From Candidatus Multivorans sp. (lineage in GTDB: Bacteria > Acidobacteriota > Thermoanaerobaculia > Multivoradales > Multivoraceae), in the NCBI GenBank assembly GCA_965247095.1, contig OZ251997.1:4256001-4320000 (forward strand): DNA of 64,000 nucleotides, written 5' to 3'. A program made the position numbers and the translations under genes. The notes under the pieces are model-generated. The model was not told the DNA's origin. It did not search any database and saw nothing but the letters and a program-made list of their open reading frames with translations. Positions 19,186 through 28,609 of the stretch are shown piece after piece (positions within the stretch are counted from its first letter, which is position 1; each line of letters opens with the position of its first letter).

Positions 19186-19962
19186 ATGTCTGAAATCCGC
19201 ATGCGCCAGATCTGCCTGGTCGCCCACGACCTCGATCGCATCCAGCAGCAGGTCGAGGGCGTGTTCGGCGTCGAGGTCTGCTACCGCGACCCCGGGGTGG
19301 GGAAGTACGGTCTCCACAACTTCCTGATTCCCTTCGGCAACCAGTTCCTCGAGACGGTCTCACCCCAGCCCGGCGAACACGACACACCAGGGGGCCGCTA
19401 CCTGCAGCGCCGGGGTGGCGATGGCGGCTACATGGTGATCATGCAGGTCCCGCGCGACAGCTATGCCGGCTACCAGCAGCGGGTCGCGGACCTCGGCATC
19501 CGCCTGGTCTCGGAGCCCGGCCGGAACGAACACGGTATGGGGATGCAGCTTCACCCGAGGGACGTACCCGGCGCCATCCCGGAGCTGCGCTGGAACGTCG
19601 ACGAGGAGCGTTCGGACGGTGCCTGGTGGCCGGCGGGAGCGGACTGGCAGCGCGCCAAGCACACGGAGATCGTCGACGGCATCCGCGCCGCCGAGATCCA
19701 GACCGCGGATCCAGGGGCGGTGGCCGCCCGCTGGAGCGAGGTGCTCGGCGAGCCGGTGGGCGGCGACGACGTGCCGACGATCGCGCTACGAGACGCCGAG
19801 ATTCGGTTCGTGCCCCCGCGCGATGGCCGCCCCGAAGGCCTCGGGGGCCTGGACGTTCATGTGACAGACCGAGCGCGGGCGCTCGCCAACGCCGAGGCGG
19901 CCGGCTGCCGCACCGGCGACGATCTCGTGACGATCTGCGGCATGCGCCTGCGACTCGTCTGA
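19186..19962 (+). CDS. VOC/glyoxalase-like protein
   Basis: RMRQICLVA, YGLHN, RRGGDGGYMVIMQ, QLHPRD. Confidence 0.8.
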   Translation: MSEIRMRQICLVAHDLDRIQQQVEGVFGVEVCYRDPGVGKYGLHNFLIPFGNQFLETVSPQPGEHDTPGGRYLQRRGGDGGYMVIMQVPRDSYAGYQQRVADLGIRLVSEPGRNEHGMGMQLHPRDVPGAIPELRWNVDEERSDGAWWPAGADWQRAKHTEIVDGIRAAEIQTADPGAVAARWSEVLGEPVGGDDVPTIALRDAEIRFVPPRDGRPEGLGGLDVHVTDRARALANAEAAGCRTGDDLVTICGMRLRLV

Positions 19963-19963
19963 G

Positions 19964-20140
19964 TTCAGGGCGGCGCGGACCGCACGAGGCGATCGCGCAG
20001 CGCCGAGCGCGCCTCTTCGTACTGCGCGATGATCTCGTCGCACAACTCGACGGTCGTCTTGCTCTCGTGCACCATGCCGACGCCCTGGCCGGCCGAGAAG
20101 ATCTTGTTGTAGCGCCCTCGCGCTTCCGGCCGGTCAATCC
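19964..20140 (-). pseudogene. C-terminal remnant of a nitronate monooxygenase-family gene
   Basis: Manual translation YNKIFSAGQGVGMVHESKTTVELCDEIIAQY; in-frame stop upstream and no start. Confidence 0.6.
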
Positions 20141-20374
20141 TCCGTCAGGTACGCCATGACCGGACTGATGTTCGTGCTGCTGGGTGCGAGCTTCTGGTAC
20201 TGGCGCACCGGCTCGGCGATGGTGGCGGGCGGAGCTGAGGTGGGCGAGTAGAAACAGGACCAGCTTGCCGCTACTCTCCCACAACTGGGCCAAGCGCCGA
20301 ATTAGTGTTCGGCGGAGCCTCTACTGCTCTGACTCCTCCACGATTCCACCGACCGGCGAGACTCCCACGTCCAG

Positions 20375-20859
20375 ATGGCAGAGAAGATCCAGTTGCTACC
20401 CGGTGGGCCCGAGCTACCCACCGAACTCCTCGACTCGATACTGGAGGGCGAAGCCGTGTTCCTTTGTGGTGCGGGGGTCAGTGCTCCGCAGTTGCCGGAC
20501 TTCGGGAAGCTCGTTTGCCAAACATACGAAAAGCTGCGTGTCGACCCATCGGGTGCCGAGAAGAAGGCATTCGCCGAGGAGCGCTACGAAGAGGTTCTGG
20601 GTGCACTTGAGGGACGACTGGCGGACCCGTCTGCGGTAGAGAGGACGGTGTCGGACCTCTTAGCCGTGCCCGAGACTCCTGACCTTGAACAGCACAAGAT
20701 AGTGCTTCGCCTGTCCCGTGGTCTCGACAATCACGTCTCCGTAGTGACCACAAACTTCGACACGCTCTTTGAGAGGGCCGGAGCCGAGTTGCATGGCACT
20801 CAAGGCCTAGGCCCCAAGAGCTACGCAGGGCAAGCGTTGCCGGCACCCGGTACGGAACC
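20375..20859 (+). pseudogene. SIR2-like domain protein, truncated by IS3
   Basis: VFLCGAGVS and VVTTNFD motifs; reading frame runs into the IS end at 20860. Confidence 0.8.
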
Positions 20860-20892
20860 TGTCAACGACATTGACACAGCGGGGTTCTGGAT

Positions 20893-21891
20893 TTACTGAG
20901 TCGTCTCTGCAGTCTCGTTGTCGGGCTTGTTGATCCAGACGGCCTGGGGCAGTGGCGTGTGCATCGGTTGGCCGCCGACGAATCGTTCGGGGGAGCTTTC
21001 CCAGGCGGCGCTCAGCGTGCGTTGGCGCTGCTCGATCACGGCTTGCGCCCGGCCGTAGTGGACGGTCTCGGGGGTCAGCATGGCGATGCCGGCGTGGCGG
21101 TGTTCCGTGTTGTACCAGGGGAAGAAGGACCTGCAGTAGTCGGTCGCGGCGTCCTGGTTGGGGAAGCGGCTGGGGAAGTCGGGGTGGTACTTGAGGGTCT
21201 TGAACTGTGCTTCGGAGTAGGGGTTGTCGTCGCTGACCCGCGGGCGGCCCAGGGACCGGTTCACGCCGAGGCGGGCGAGCAGTTGGGCGGTACCCTGGCT
21301 GGTCATGGGGGCGCCTCGATCGGAATGCAGGGTCAGGACATGGGGCTTGACGCCGTGCTTGAGGCAGGTCTCCTCGATGAGCCTTTGGGCGAGCGCGGAG
21401 TTCTCGCGGTCGGCGACCATCCAGCCGACCGCGTAGCGGCTTAGGAGGTCAAGCAGGACGTAGAGGTAGTAGTAGGTCCAGGTCTGCGGTCCGAGCAGCC
21501 TGGTGATGTCCCACGACCAGACCTGGTTGGGCGCGACAGCGACCAGCTCCGGCTTGGCGTACGACGGATGGACGCGCTGGTTGCGGCGGTCCCTCACGGG
21601 GTGGTTCGCTTCGAGGATGCGGTACATCGTGCGCTCCGAGCACAGGTAGCGGCCCTCGTCGAGCAGGGTGGCCACCACTTCTCCCGGCGAACGATCGACG
21701 AAACGCGGCGACGCAAGCGTGGCCTCGACCCGTTTCCGCTCGATCTGGCTCAGTGCCCGGGCAGGCGTGGGGCGGGGCTGCCGTCGCCCGGGAGCGGGCC
21801 TCGCACGACGATAGAAGGTCGATCGCGATACGCCCAGCGCCCGGCACGCCGGCGCGACGCCGACCTGCCGGGCCAGGGACCTTGCCGCCAT
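20893..21891 (-). CDS. IS3 transposase OrfB (rve integrase core)
   Basis: WSWDIT, LHSDRG, DNPYSEAQFKTLK (DDE). Confidence 0.9.
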   Translation of the reverse strand: MAARSLARQVGVAPACRALGVSRSTFYRRARPAPGRRQPRPTPARALSQIERKRVEATLASPRFVDRSPGEVVATLLDEGRYLCSERTMYRILEANHPVRDRRNQRVHPSYAKPELVAVAPNQVWSWDITRLLGPQTWTYYYLYVLLDLLSRYAVGWMVADRENSALAQRLIEETCLKHGVKPHVLTLHSDRGAPMTSQGTAQLLARLGVNRSLGRPRVSDDNPYSEAQFKTLKYHPDFPSRFPNQDAATDYCRSFFPWYNTEHRHAGIAMLTPETVHYGRAQAVIEQRQRTLSAAWESSPERFVGGQPMHTPLPQAVWINKPDNETAETTQ

Positions 21892-22376
21892 CAGCAGTCC
21901 TTCCCGTCTTCGAGGCTGAATCCCAGCAGCCCTGCAACTTTTCCCTGGACGTCCAGGATCGTGTGCGCGGCGGCGACTTCCCTCTCGAGACGCTTGACCT
22001 TCGCTTCCAGCCGCTTCACCTTCGGCATCAGAGGGTTGGCCTCGTTCGGCTTGCGGCCCCGCTTCTTCGGCCTCAGACCGGAAAGCGCGCCCTCGCGCCG
22101 CGCCTTGCGCCAGTTGGCCAGATGGGAGCTGTACAGACCCTCTCGCCGCAGCAGCCGACCCACCTCGCCGCGGTGGGTGCATCGGTCCGCTTCCTCCAGA
22201 ATCCGCAGCCGGTACTCCGCCGTGAACTGCCGCCTGGTCGGTCTCGCCAGCACTTCCGGGTCGGGAACCGCCCCGGCGGGCGCCGCGCCGGCCGCGGGGG
22301 CCTCGTCGCTACGCTCCTCAACCCCCGCGGCCGGGAGCTCCGAGCCGCCGCCAAACCTCTGCTCTCGTCTTGACAT
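21891..22376 (-). CDS. IS3 transposase OrfA (HTH)
   Basis: RRQFTAEYRLRIL, LLRREGLYSSHLANWR; TGATG overlap with orfB. Confidence 0.88.
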   Translation of the reverse strand: MSRREQRFGGGSELPAAGVEERSDEAPAAGAAPAGAVPDPEVLARPTRRQFTAEYRLRILEEADRCTHRGEVGRLLRREGLYSSHLANWRKARREGALSGLRPKKRGRKPNEANPLMPKVKRLEAKVKRLEREVAAAHTILDVQGKVAGLLGFSLEDGKDC

Positions 22377-22444
22377 TGATCCTCCTTGCCAACGTGTGCC
22401 CTCCACTATTCAACGGGATGGCCGCTGTGTCACGTACGTTGGCA

Positions 22445-22948
22445 GAGAGGGCCACGCCGACGCTCCCCAGCGGGTACAACAACTACAAGACCATCGTCCA
22501 GACCGAGGACCACGTCATGATCCTGATCGAGATGGTCCACGACGCGCGGGTGGTGCGGATGAAGTCCGAGGGGCGCGCCGTGGCGCATCTGCCGTCAGAG
22601 ATCAAGAAGTGGACCGGCGATTCGATCGGGTGGTGGGAGGGCGACACGTTGGTCGTCGACACTACGAACTTCCATCCCGAGGCGTTTCTCCGTGGTGGCT
22701 CCACGGAGATGCACGTTGTCGAGCGCTTTACCAAGCTCGAGGACGGCGACGTGCTCTACCGCTTCACGGTGGACGATCCCTCATCGTGGACAGCGCCTTG
22801 GACCGGCGAGTATGTGTTGCGTTCGACGACCGACCGAGTCTTCGAGTACGCCTGCCACGAGGGGAACTACGCCATGGGGAACATCCTGCGCGGCGCTCGC
22901 GTGCTCGAGGCGGACGCGCTGGGGAAGGTTGTCTCGAGTCGTGACTGA
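22445..22948 (+). pseudogene. C-terminal half of a conserved hypothetical secreted protein (YNN...EYACHEGNY family)
   Basis: GDSIGWWEGDTLVVDTTNF, FEYACHEGNY; 5' end lost at the IS3 boundary. Confidence 0.7.
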
Positions 22949-23100
22949 GCAATCCCTAGAGCGCATCGAGATCGAGCACACCTGCACGCAGCTTTCGATC
23001 GCCTATGCGCGCCACATCGACTTTCGAGAGTACGACGCCTTTGTCGAGCTCTTTGCCGAGGACGCCCATCTCAACGCCGGCTACCCCTTCGATGGCAAGG
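22941..23100 (+). pseudogene. N-terminal fragment of a SnoaL/NTF2-like protein
   Basis: IEHTCTQLSIAYARHIDFREYDAFVELFAEDA, then abrupt loss of similarity. Confidence 0.55.
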
Positions 23101-23442
23101 TCGTCAGCGACGATGACGATGATGTTGGGCTGTGTACAAACACCCGTCTCACGCCTCTGCCGAGGAGCTCTGTGACGAGTGGGAGCGCCGTAACTTCGAG
23201 TCGTTTCGAGAGCGTCGCTCTCAGGGCTGGCTGTGAGCGCGGTTTCGGCCGTGAGATGAGCTCAATCGTGCAGGACCTCGACCTGCACGAACCCTTCGGG
23301 CACTTCGAGTGGGGAGGATCGTACTGGGGATTCTACTCAAACGCTGCCCGGGCGGTGCGCCCCCCGTCACCTGCGTCGGCGCATCCTGAATGGTCGTGAA
23401 GTCCGGCGTCGGCAGCGGAGGATCATATCTCCTTTGTTGACC

Positions 23443-25050
23443 TCAGGGACGCTCCGGTTCTACAGGCTCGAAGCTCCGATAGTCGTTCGGATCGCCGCTG
23501 CCCTTGTATCGCGCCTGCAGCGGGTAGGGATAATGGGGCCGCGTGAACGTGTAGCTATCGGGGACCGAAGTATTCGCTTTGACCCAAGCTGCCCCACTCC
23601 GTGGGCCGGATGGCATTTCTTCGGGATGGTAGCCGACGATCATGTCGGGCGCCTGACCCTCTTCGACCCAGGCTTCGAGATAGCTGAGAAAATCGCCGCT
23701 GGCCGCGCCAACGCCACCATAGCAATGCGTACGGCCCGGAATCATGAACAGCCGAACCGCCTCTTGGGTGCTGGCTCGCCCGCCCATGATGCGTTCCGCC
23801 ATCTCATAGTAGTCGACGCTGACTTGCGGCGAGGGCAGACCCGAGTCTTCCCAACCCTGGATGATCAGCAGCTTGCCACCCGCAGCCTTGAAATTGCGCA
23901 GATCGGGATTGCTGTAACCATTCACCAGCGCATCCATCATCCCGGTGCGCTTGTAATCGTGGTCGAAATCGAAGTCGGTCGCCGTCCAGCTCGGTCCCGG
24001 ATCCGGGTTGAACCCCATGAACCGCCACCACGAGGTGGGGCCGTCGAGGCCCATGGAGAAGTAGTTGCCCTTCTCCGAGCCGGGCATGGCGGGGTACCAC
24101 GGGAAGTATTTGCTGAGCTTCTCCCCGGTCGATGTCACCGGCCCGCTGTACACTTTCCTGGCCGCCTCCACCTGGACCGGCGATAGACAGCCCGATGTCT
24201 GCCCCGACGCGCAGGTCAGGTCGGCCGGATCGAATTGGCAGGTCCGGGGATCGCCACCGATGATTCCATCCTCGAGGCCATCGTCCGCATCGCAGGCGGC
24301 AATGGCCCCCGCGTGCAGCACGTCCAGATCGGCGGGTGTGAACAGCGGCTGGCCGTCCGCGTCATGCGTTGCCAAGGCGTTCCACAGGATCATCACACCC
24401 GAGGCCGTTACACTCGCGGGCTCCTGGACGAGAATGCCGTCGAAGTTCCAGGGAAAGCGATTCGCTTGGACCATCCCCTGCTTCCCGCCGGCGGAACAGC
24501 CCACATGATAGGAGAACGCCGGCGCCCGGCCGTAGTAGTGTTCGGTGATGGCCTTGCCCGCCAGGGCGGCGACATGGTGACCGCGGATGCCGTAATCGAA
24601 CTCCGCCTGGAGATTGTTGTAGGCCCACGAGGCCCTTCTTGTTCTGCCGAAATGCCCCGTATCGTGTGAGAGACAGGCATAGCCTCTCCGCAAGGCCTCA
24701 TCGCACCAGGCGGCCATCGATTCCGTCGAGCCGCCATAGCCACCAGGGCTCGCCTCCAAAAACCTACCGCTCCACGCGGCGCTGTTCGGCAGGCGTACCA
24801 CGATCCGGACATTGGGCGCGACATACCCCTCCACCCGGCAATGGGCGGGCACCTCGCCGGCGGCCTCCACCATTCGGGTCGCCGTCACCTGCGTCGGCGC
24901 ATCCTGAATGCTCGTGAAGTCCATCGTCGGCAGCGCCTCGCAGTCATCAACGGCCGGGAGCGTACCGGCGCGCAAGCTGCCGGCCCCGACCCCCATCGCG
25001 CCCATCGCCAGCGCTAGAACCAACGGGAATCTCTTGAAGGTGCGCGTCAT
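23443..25050 (-). CDS. Tannase/feruloyl esterase family alpha/beta hydrolase
   Basis: GCSAGG nucleophile motif, CDADDGLEDGII, GKLLIIQGWED, RLFMIPGRTHC; RBS AAAGGAG. Confidence 0.92.
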   Translation of the reverse strand: MTRTFKRFPLVLALAMGAMGVGAGSLRAGTLPAVDDCEALPTMDFTSIQDAPTQVTATRMVEAAGEVPAHCRVEGYVAPNVRIVVRLPNSAAWSGRFLEASPGGYGGSTESMAAWCDEALRRGYACLSHDTGHFGRTRRASWAYNNLQAEFDYGIRGHHVAALAGKAITEHYYGRAPAFSYHVGCSAGGKQGMVQANRFPWNFDGILVQEPASVTASGVMILWNALATHDADGQPLFTPADLDVLHAGAIAACDADDGLEDGIIGGDPRTCQFDPADLTCASGQTSGCLSPVQVEAARKVYSGPVTSTGEKLSKYFPWYPAMPGSEKGNYFSMGLDGPTSWWRFMGFNPDPGPSWTATDFDFDHDYKRTGMMDALVNGYSNPDLRNFKAAGGKLLIIQGWEDSGLPSPQVSVDYYEMAERIMGGRASTQEAVRLFMIPGRTHCYGGVGAASGDFLSYLEAWVEEGQAPDMIVGYHPEEMPSGPRSGAAWVKANTSVPDSYTFTRPHYPYPLQARYKGSGDPNDYRSFEPVEPERP

Positions 25051-25069
25051 CGTATCTCCTTTGTTGCCT

Positions 25070-25420
25070 TCAGCGACGCCTCGGTTCGACAGGCTCGAAA
25101 CTCCGATAGTCGTTCGGATCGCCGCTGCCCTTGTATCGCGCCTGCAGCGGATAGGGATAATGCGGCCGCGTGAAGTCGTAGCTGTCGGGTACCGAGGCAT
25201 TCGCTTCAACCGAGTTCAACCCTGCGGCGTGGTAGCCGATGATCATATCGGGCCCCTGACCCTCCTCCACCCAGGCCTCGAGATAGCTGAGAAAGTCACC
25301 GCTGGCGGCACCGACACCCCGTTACCAGTGCGACCGTCCAGGAATCATGAAGAGACGATAGAAGTCCTGGGTGGCGGCCCGGTCGCCGATGATGCGTTCC
25401 GCCATCTCATAGTAGTCGAC
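25070..25420 (-). pseudogene. C-terminal remnant of a second tannase paralog (frame-disrupted)
   Basis: VDYYEMAERIIG...RLFMIPGRSHW* and WVEEGQGPD...SFEPVEP, nearly identical to the intact copy's 3' end. Confidence 0.8.
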
Positions 25421-25883
25421 CACCGCCAGCACAGGGAACAGGACCCGGCGGCGGAGCATCAGCTGGGCTCGCCTGCTGCGCAAGGTGTACGAGATCGATC
25501 CCCTGCTGTGCTCGTACTGCGGCGGCGAAGTGAGAATCGTGGCCTTCGTCACCAAGCTCTCTTCCATCCGCAGGCCCCTCGCTCACTCACCGCCAGCCCC
25601 CGAGCTGGTCTATGAGCCTGTCTGAGACACCCATCCCTGCCGACACAAAGAGCGCCTGACGCTCCCGGGGGACCCTCGACTCCTCTGGCCCCCCTCCGGG
25701 GACTCCTGGGGGGCCCCGCTGCCGCGCACGCCCCCAAGCACTCTCGCGACCCACCTGCCGCCAGGCCCGCGCACTCTAATCCCGCTGTCGAGCCGCCGAG
25801 AAGTCGCCCCCAGGACCTCCAGCTCTCGCCCAGGTCTCCGAAAACCCTCATGCTCCTCATGCTCAGAAAAGCGATTTCCTACC
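25421..25883 (+). mobile_element. IS91/ISCR-like remnant (transposase C-terminus plus putative oriIS end)
   Basis: SWARLLRKVYEIDPLLCSYCGGEVRIVAF, stop at 25625, about 250 bp non-coding, ending GCGATTTCCTACCC at the junction with a truncated gene. Confidence 0.65.
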
Positions 25884-25884
25884 C

Positions 25885-26639
25885 GTGCCCACACTGCCGG
25901 CCGCCTTCGATCGCCAGGGCATGACGCTCGACGACGTGATCGACTTCACGCCGGAGCTCCACGCCGAAGCCCTCGAGATCCTCGAGCCCTACAAGCTCGG
26001 ACCGCTCTACGAGCTTCCGTCGCCCGAAGGAACGATTCAGATGCCGGGCTTCGGCGGCGGCGGAAACTGGGGTGGCGCGGCCTTCGACCCCGAGACGCAG
26101 TGGCTTTTCGTGCCGTCGATGACGGCTCCCATTCGCGTCGCCGTTGGACCGCCGCCGGATCCCTCGCGGACCGAGTTCGATCAAGCCGTGATCATGCGCG
26201 TACGGCTGGAGGGTCCACGCGGCCTGCCCTACGTCAAGCCGCCCTACGGCCGGGTGACGGCCATCAACCTCAAAACCGGCGAGCACGAGTGGATGGTGCC
26301 CAACGGCGCCGGCCCACGCGACCACGAGGCGTTGGCGCATCTCGACCTGCCGCCGCTGGGTTGGGCGCGGATCGTGGGCGTACTGGTGACGCCGGAGCTG
26401 CTCTTCGTCCCCGGCCGCGGCTCGATGCTGAGTCGTGGCGATGCAACGAGTCCGTATCTCTACGTGCGCGACAAGACGAGCGGAGAGCTCTTGCACGTGA
26501 GCTGCCCCTACCGGCCGAGGGCCGGGCGCCGCCAATGACCTACGCTCTCGACGGTCGCCAGTACATCGCGACCGCGGTCGGCATGCCCGGTGAGCCCGAG
26601 TCGCTCGTCGTCTGGGCCCTACCCGAACCCACCGACTAG
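25885..26639 (+). pseudogene. C-terminal part of a PQQ glucose/quinate dehydrogenase-like gene, frameshifted
   Basis: GGGNWGGAAFDPET, KPPYGRVTAINL; PMTYALDGRQYIA lies in a second frame. Confidence 0.78.
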
Positions 26640-26647
26640 GCCGTGCC

Positions 26648-27769
26648 CTAGCGCACGGATTCGGCGATCCGCCGGATCAGCTCGGCGAAGAAGTTGTCTT
26701 CCGCGTTGATCGAGCCCCGACCCCCACCGGTCCGTACGATCACGAGCCGCAGACTCGGAACGCCGGCCACCAGCTGGCCGCCCGAGCCGAACATCAGGAA
26801 GGTGTCGTCGGGCGCGCCCGGAACGAGCTTTCGATCGATCCGCTCGGGCACCGAGTAGGCGCGGAAGAAGTCGCCCGCGTTCAAGTGGTGAAAGAGCCCG
26901 AAAGACGGGTTGACTCGGGGAGCCGGTGACTCGACGAGGGCCGCCGTGTAGCTCTGAGGCAGATAGCGCTCTCCGTTCCACACACCACCGTCGAGGATCA
27001 CCTGGGCGGATTTCGCGAAGTCCCGAGGCGTGAGGCGGATCGATTGGTAGCCGATGAAGGTCTCGGTGTCGCCATCGACGGCGTAGAGCCGCACCCAATA
27101 GGCGCCGTCGATGGAGAGCGGCGCCAGAGCCTCCTCCGCGGTCAGTTCCTCCAGGCTCTTTCCAGAGGCTCGCTCCAAGCCGGTGAAGAGCAGACGGTAG
27201 ACGACGTTGTTGTAGTGATAGCGCTCGAAGGGAGCCGCGATGATCCTGCGCTCCAAGGCGATCTCGAGCTGCGTCCTGCCGCTGCGTCCCAGGCCCTCGA
27301 TCTCCGGCGAGTTCTCCACCCCCGATTCCATGGCCAGCACACTGCGGAAGGTGACGGCTGACTGTTCTTCGGGCATCTCGGGAACGAGCTCGTGCACCGG
27401 CTGGTCGAGATCGCGAAGGTAGCCACGCTCGATGGCACGTCCCACGACGAGCGCAAAGAGCGACTTCGTACCCGAGTAGGTCTGCTGCACGTCGCCCGGT
27501 CCTTTGCCGTTCCAGTAGCGTTCGAGCACGATCGCTCCGTCGTGAATGACGAGGAGGCTGTCGGACTCGTTGCCGGCAGCGAGCCGGGCGGCGCCCTCCA
27601 AACGGTCGGCGTCGATGCCCCGGTCCTGAGGGTCGGCGGTCGGCCAGCTGTGGTCCGGTCCGCCGCCGGATACCCGACCGGGCCGTTGCTCGATCCGGGG
27701 CTGAGCCACCGTCAGGCTAGGCAGCAGCACGACCGCCAGCGTCAAAGCGACGACCGCTCTTGCTCTCAT
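26648..27769 (-). CDS. Serine hydrolase (beta-lactamase/class C-like family), exported
   Basis: SxxK (YSGTKS), YxN (YHYNN), signal peptide. Confidence 0.85.
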   Translation of the reverse strand: MRARAVVALTLAVVLLPSLTVAQPRIEQRPGRVSGGGPDHSWPTADPQDRGIDADRLEGAARLAAGNESDSLLVIHDGAIVLERYWNGKGPGDVQQTYSGTKSLFALVVGRAIERGYLRDLDQPVHELVPEMPEEQSAVTFRSVLAMESGVENSPEIEGLGRSGRTQLEIALERRIIAAPFERYHYNNVVYRLLFTGLERASGKSLEELTAEEALAPLSIDGAYWVRLYAVDGDTETFIGYQSIRLTPRDFAKSAQVILDGGVWNGERYLPQSYTAALVESPAPRVNPSFGLFHHLNAGDFFRAYSVPERIDRKLVPGAPDDTFLMFGSGGQLVAGVPSLRLVIVRTGGGRGSINAEDNFFAELIRRIAESVR

Positions 27770-27925
27770 CCTTCGATTATAGGGCGGGACCGGCGTCCGC
27801 CCCGGTCCATGCCCGTTCGGTATGCTTGCGGAACGACCCTCGGTTGTGGGAGCAGGCTCGAGGCGAGCCCCGAGCTCTTGAGCACCTCTGCCGAGGTCGT
27901 GCGGACGCGCCGACTGGAGACTGCT

Positions 27926-28528
27926 ATGAAGACCTCGACCCGCTCTGCGACTCCGGCTTTCTTTTCCGCCCTTCCCGTGGCGTGCTCGGGCACGGCGCTG
28001 GCCTCCGAGAGTTGGACCGCGCCGAAGACTCCTTGGGGCGATCCCGATCTCTCGGGCATCTACACGAACACCACCCTGACGCCCTTCGAGCGCCCCGCCG
28101 ATCTCGGTGACAAAGCCTTCCTCACCGAGGAGGAAGTTGCCGAACTGGAGAGCGGTCGAGCCGAGCAGATCGAAGGACTCCATGCACGCCCGGCTTCCGA
28201 GACGCAGGCCGGAGGCAGCATCGGCGCCTACAACCTTCATTGGATGGAGCTCGGAATGAAAGTCGTCGGCAGCCGGAGCACGTCGCTGGTGGTCGACCCG
28301 CCCAACGGCCGCGTTCCCGTTCGCCCGGAAGCCGAGGAGGAGCGGCGCTATCACCTCGAGCGCATCGCCGACTCCTACGAGCATATGAGTGTCTGGGATC
28401 GCTGCATCACGAGGGGAGTGCCCGGAGGCATGTTCCCTGCAGGCTACAACAACGGGTACCAGGTCCACGCCGAGCGCCTGATCTGCAACTTCATCGGCGC
28501 CACCGTCCGGGCTGGCTACTACGATTGA
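27926..28528 (+). pseudogene. N-terminal half of a conserved hypothetical secreted protein (same family as 22445-22948)
   Basis: TPWGDPDLSGIYTN.T.TPFERP, DPPNGRVP, DRCI...GYNNGYQ, then an unrelated tail and stop. Confidence 0.7.
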
Positions 28529-28609
28529 GTTGATCGATACACATGTTCACCGAGTGGTAATGCAATCGTGATCAGCGATGCAGAAAGTAGAAGCCAGATG
28601 GGTTATAAC

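Larger units (their letters stand above)
20860..22444 (-). mobile_element. IS3-family insertion sequence
   Basis: Imperfect terminal IRs TGTCAACGACATTGACACAGCGG and TGCCAACGTACGTGACACAGCGG; orfA/orfB; no target duplication seen. Confidence 0.88.
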
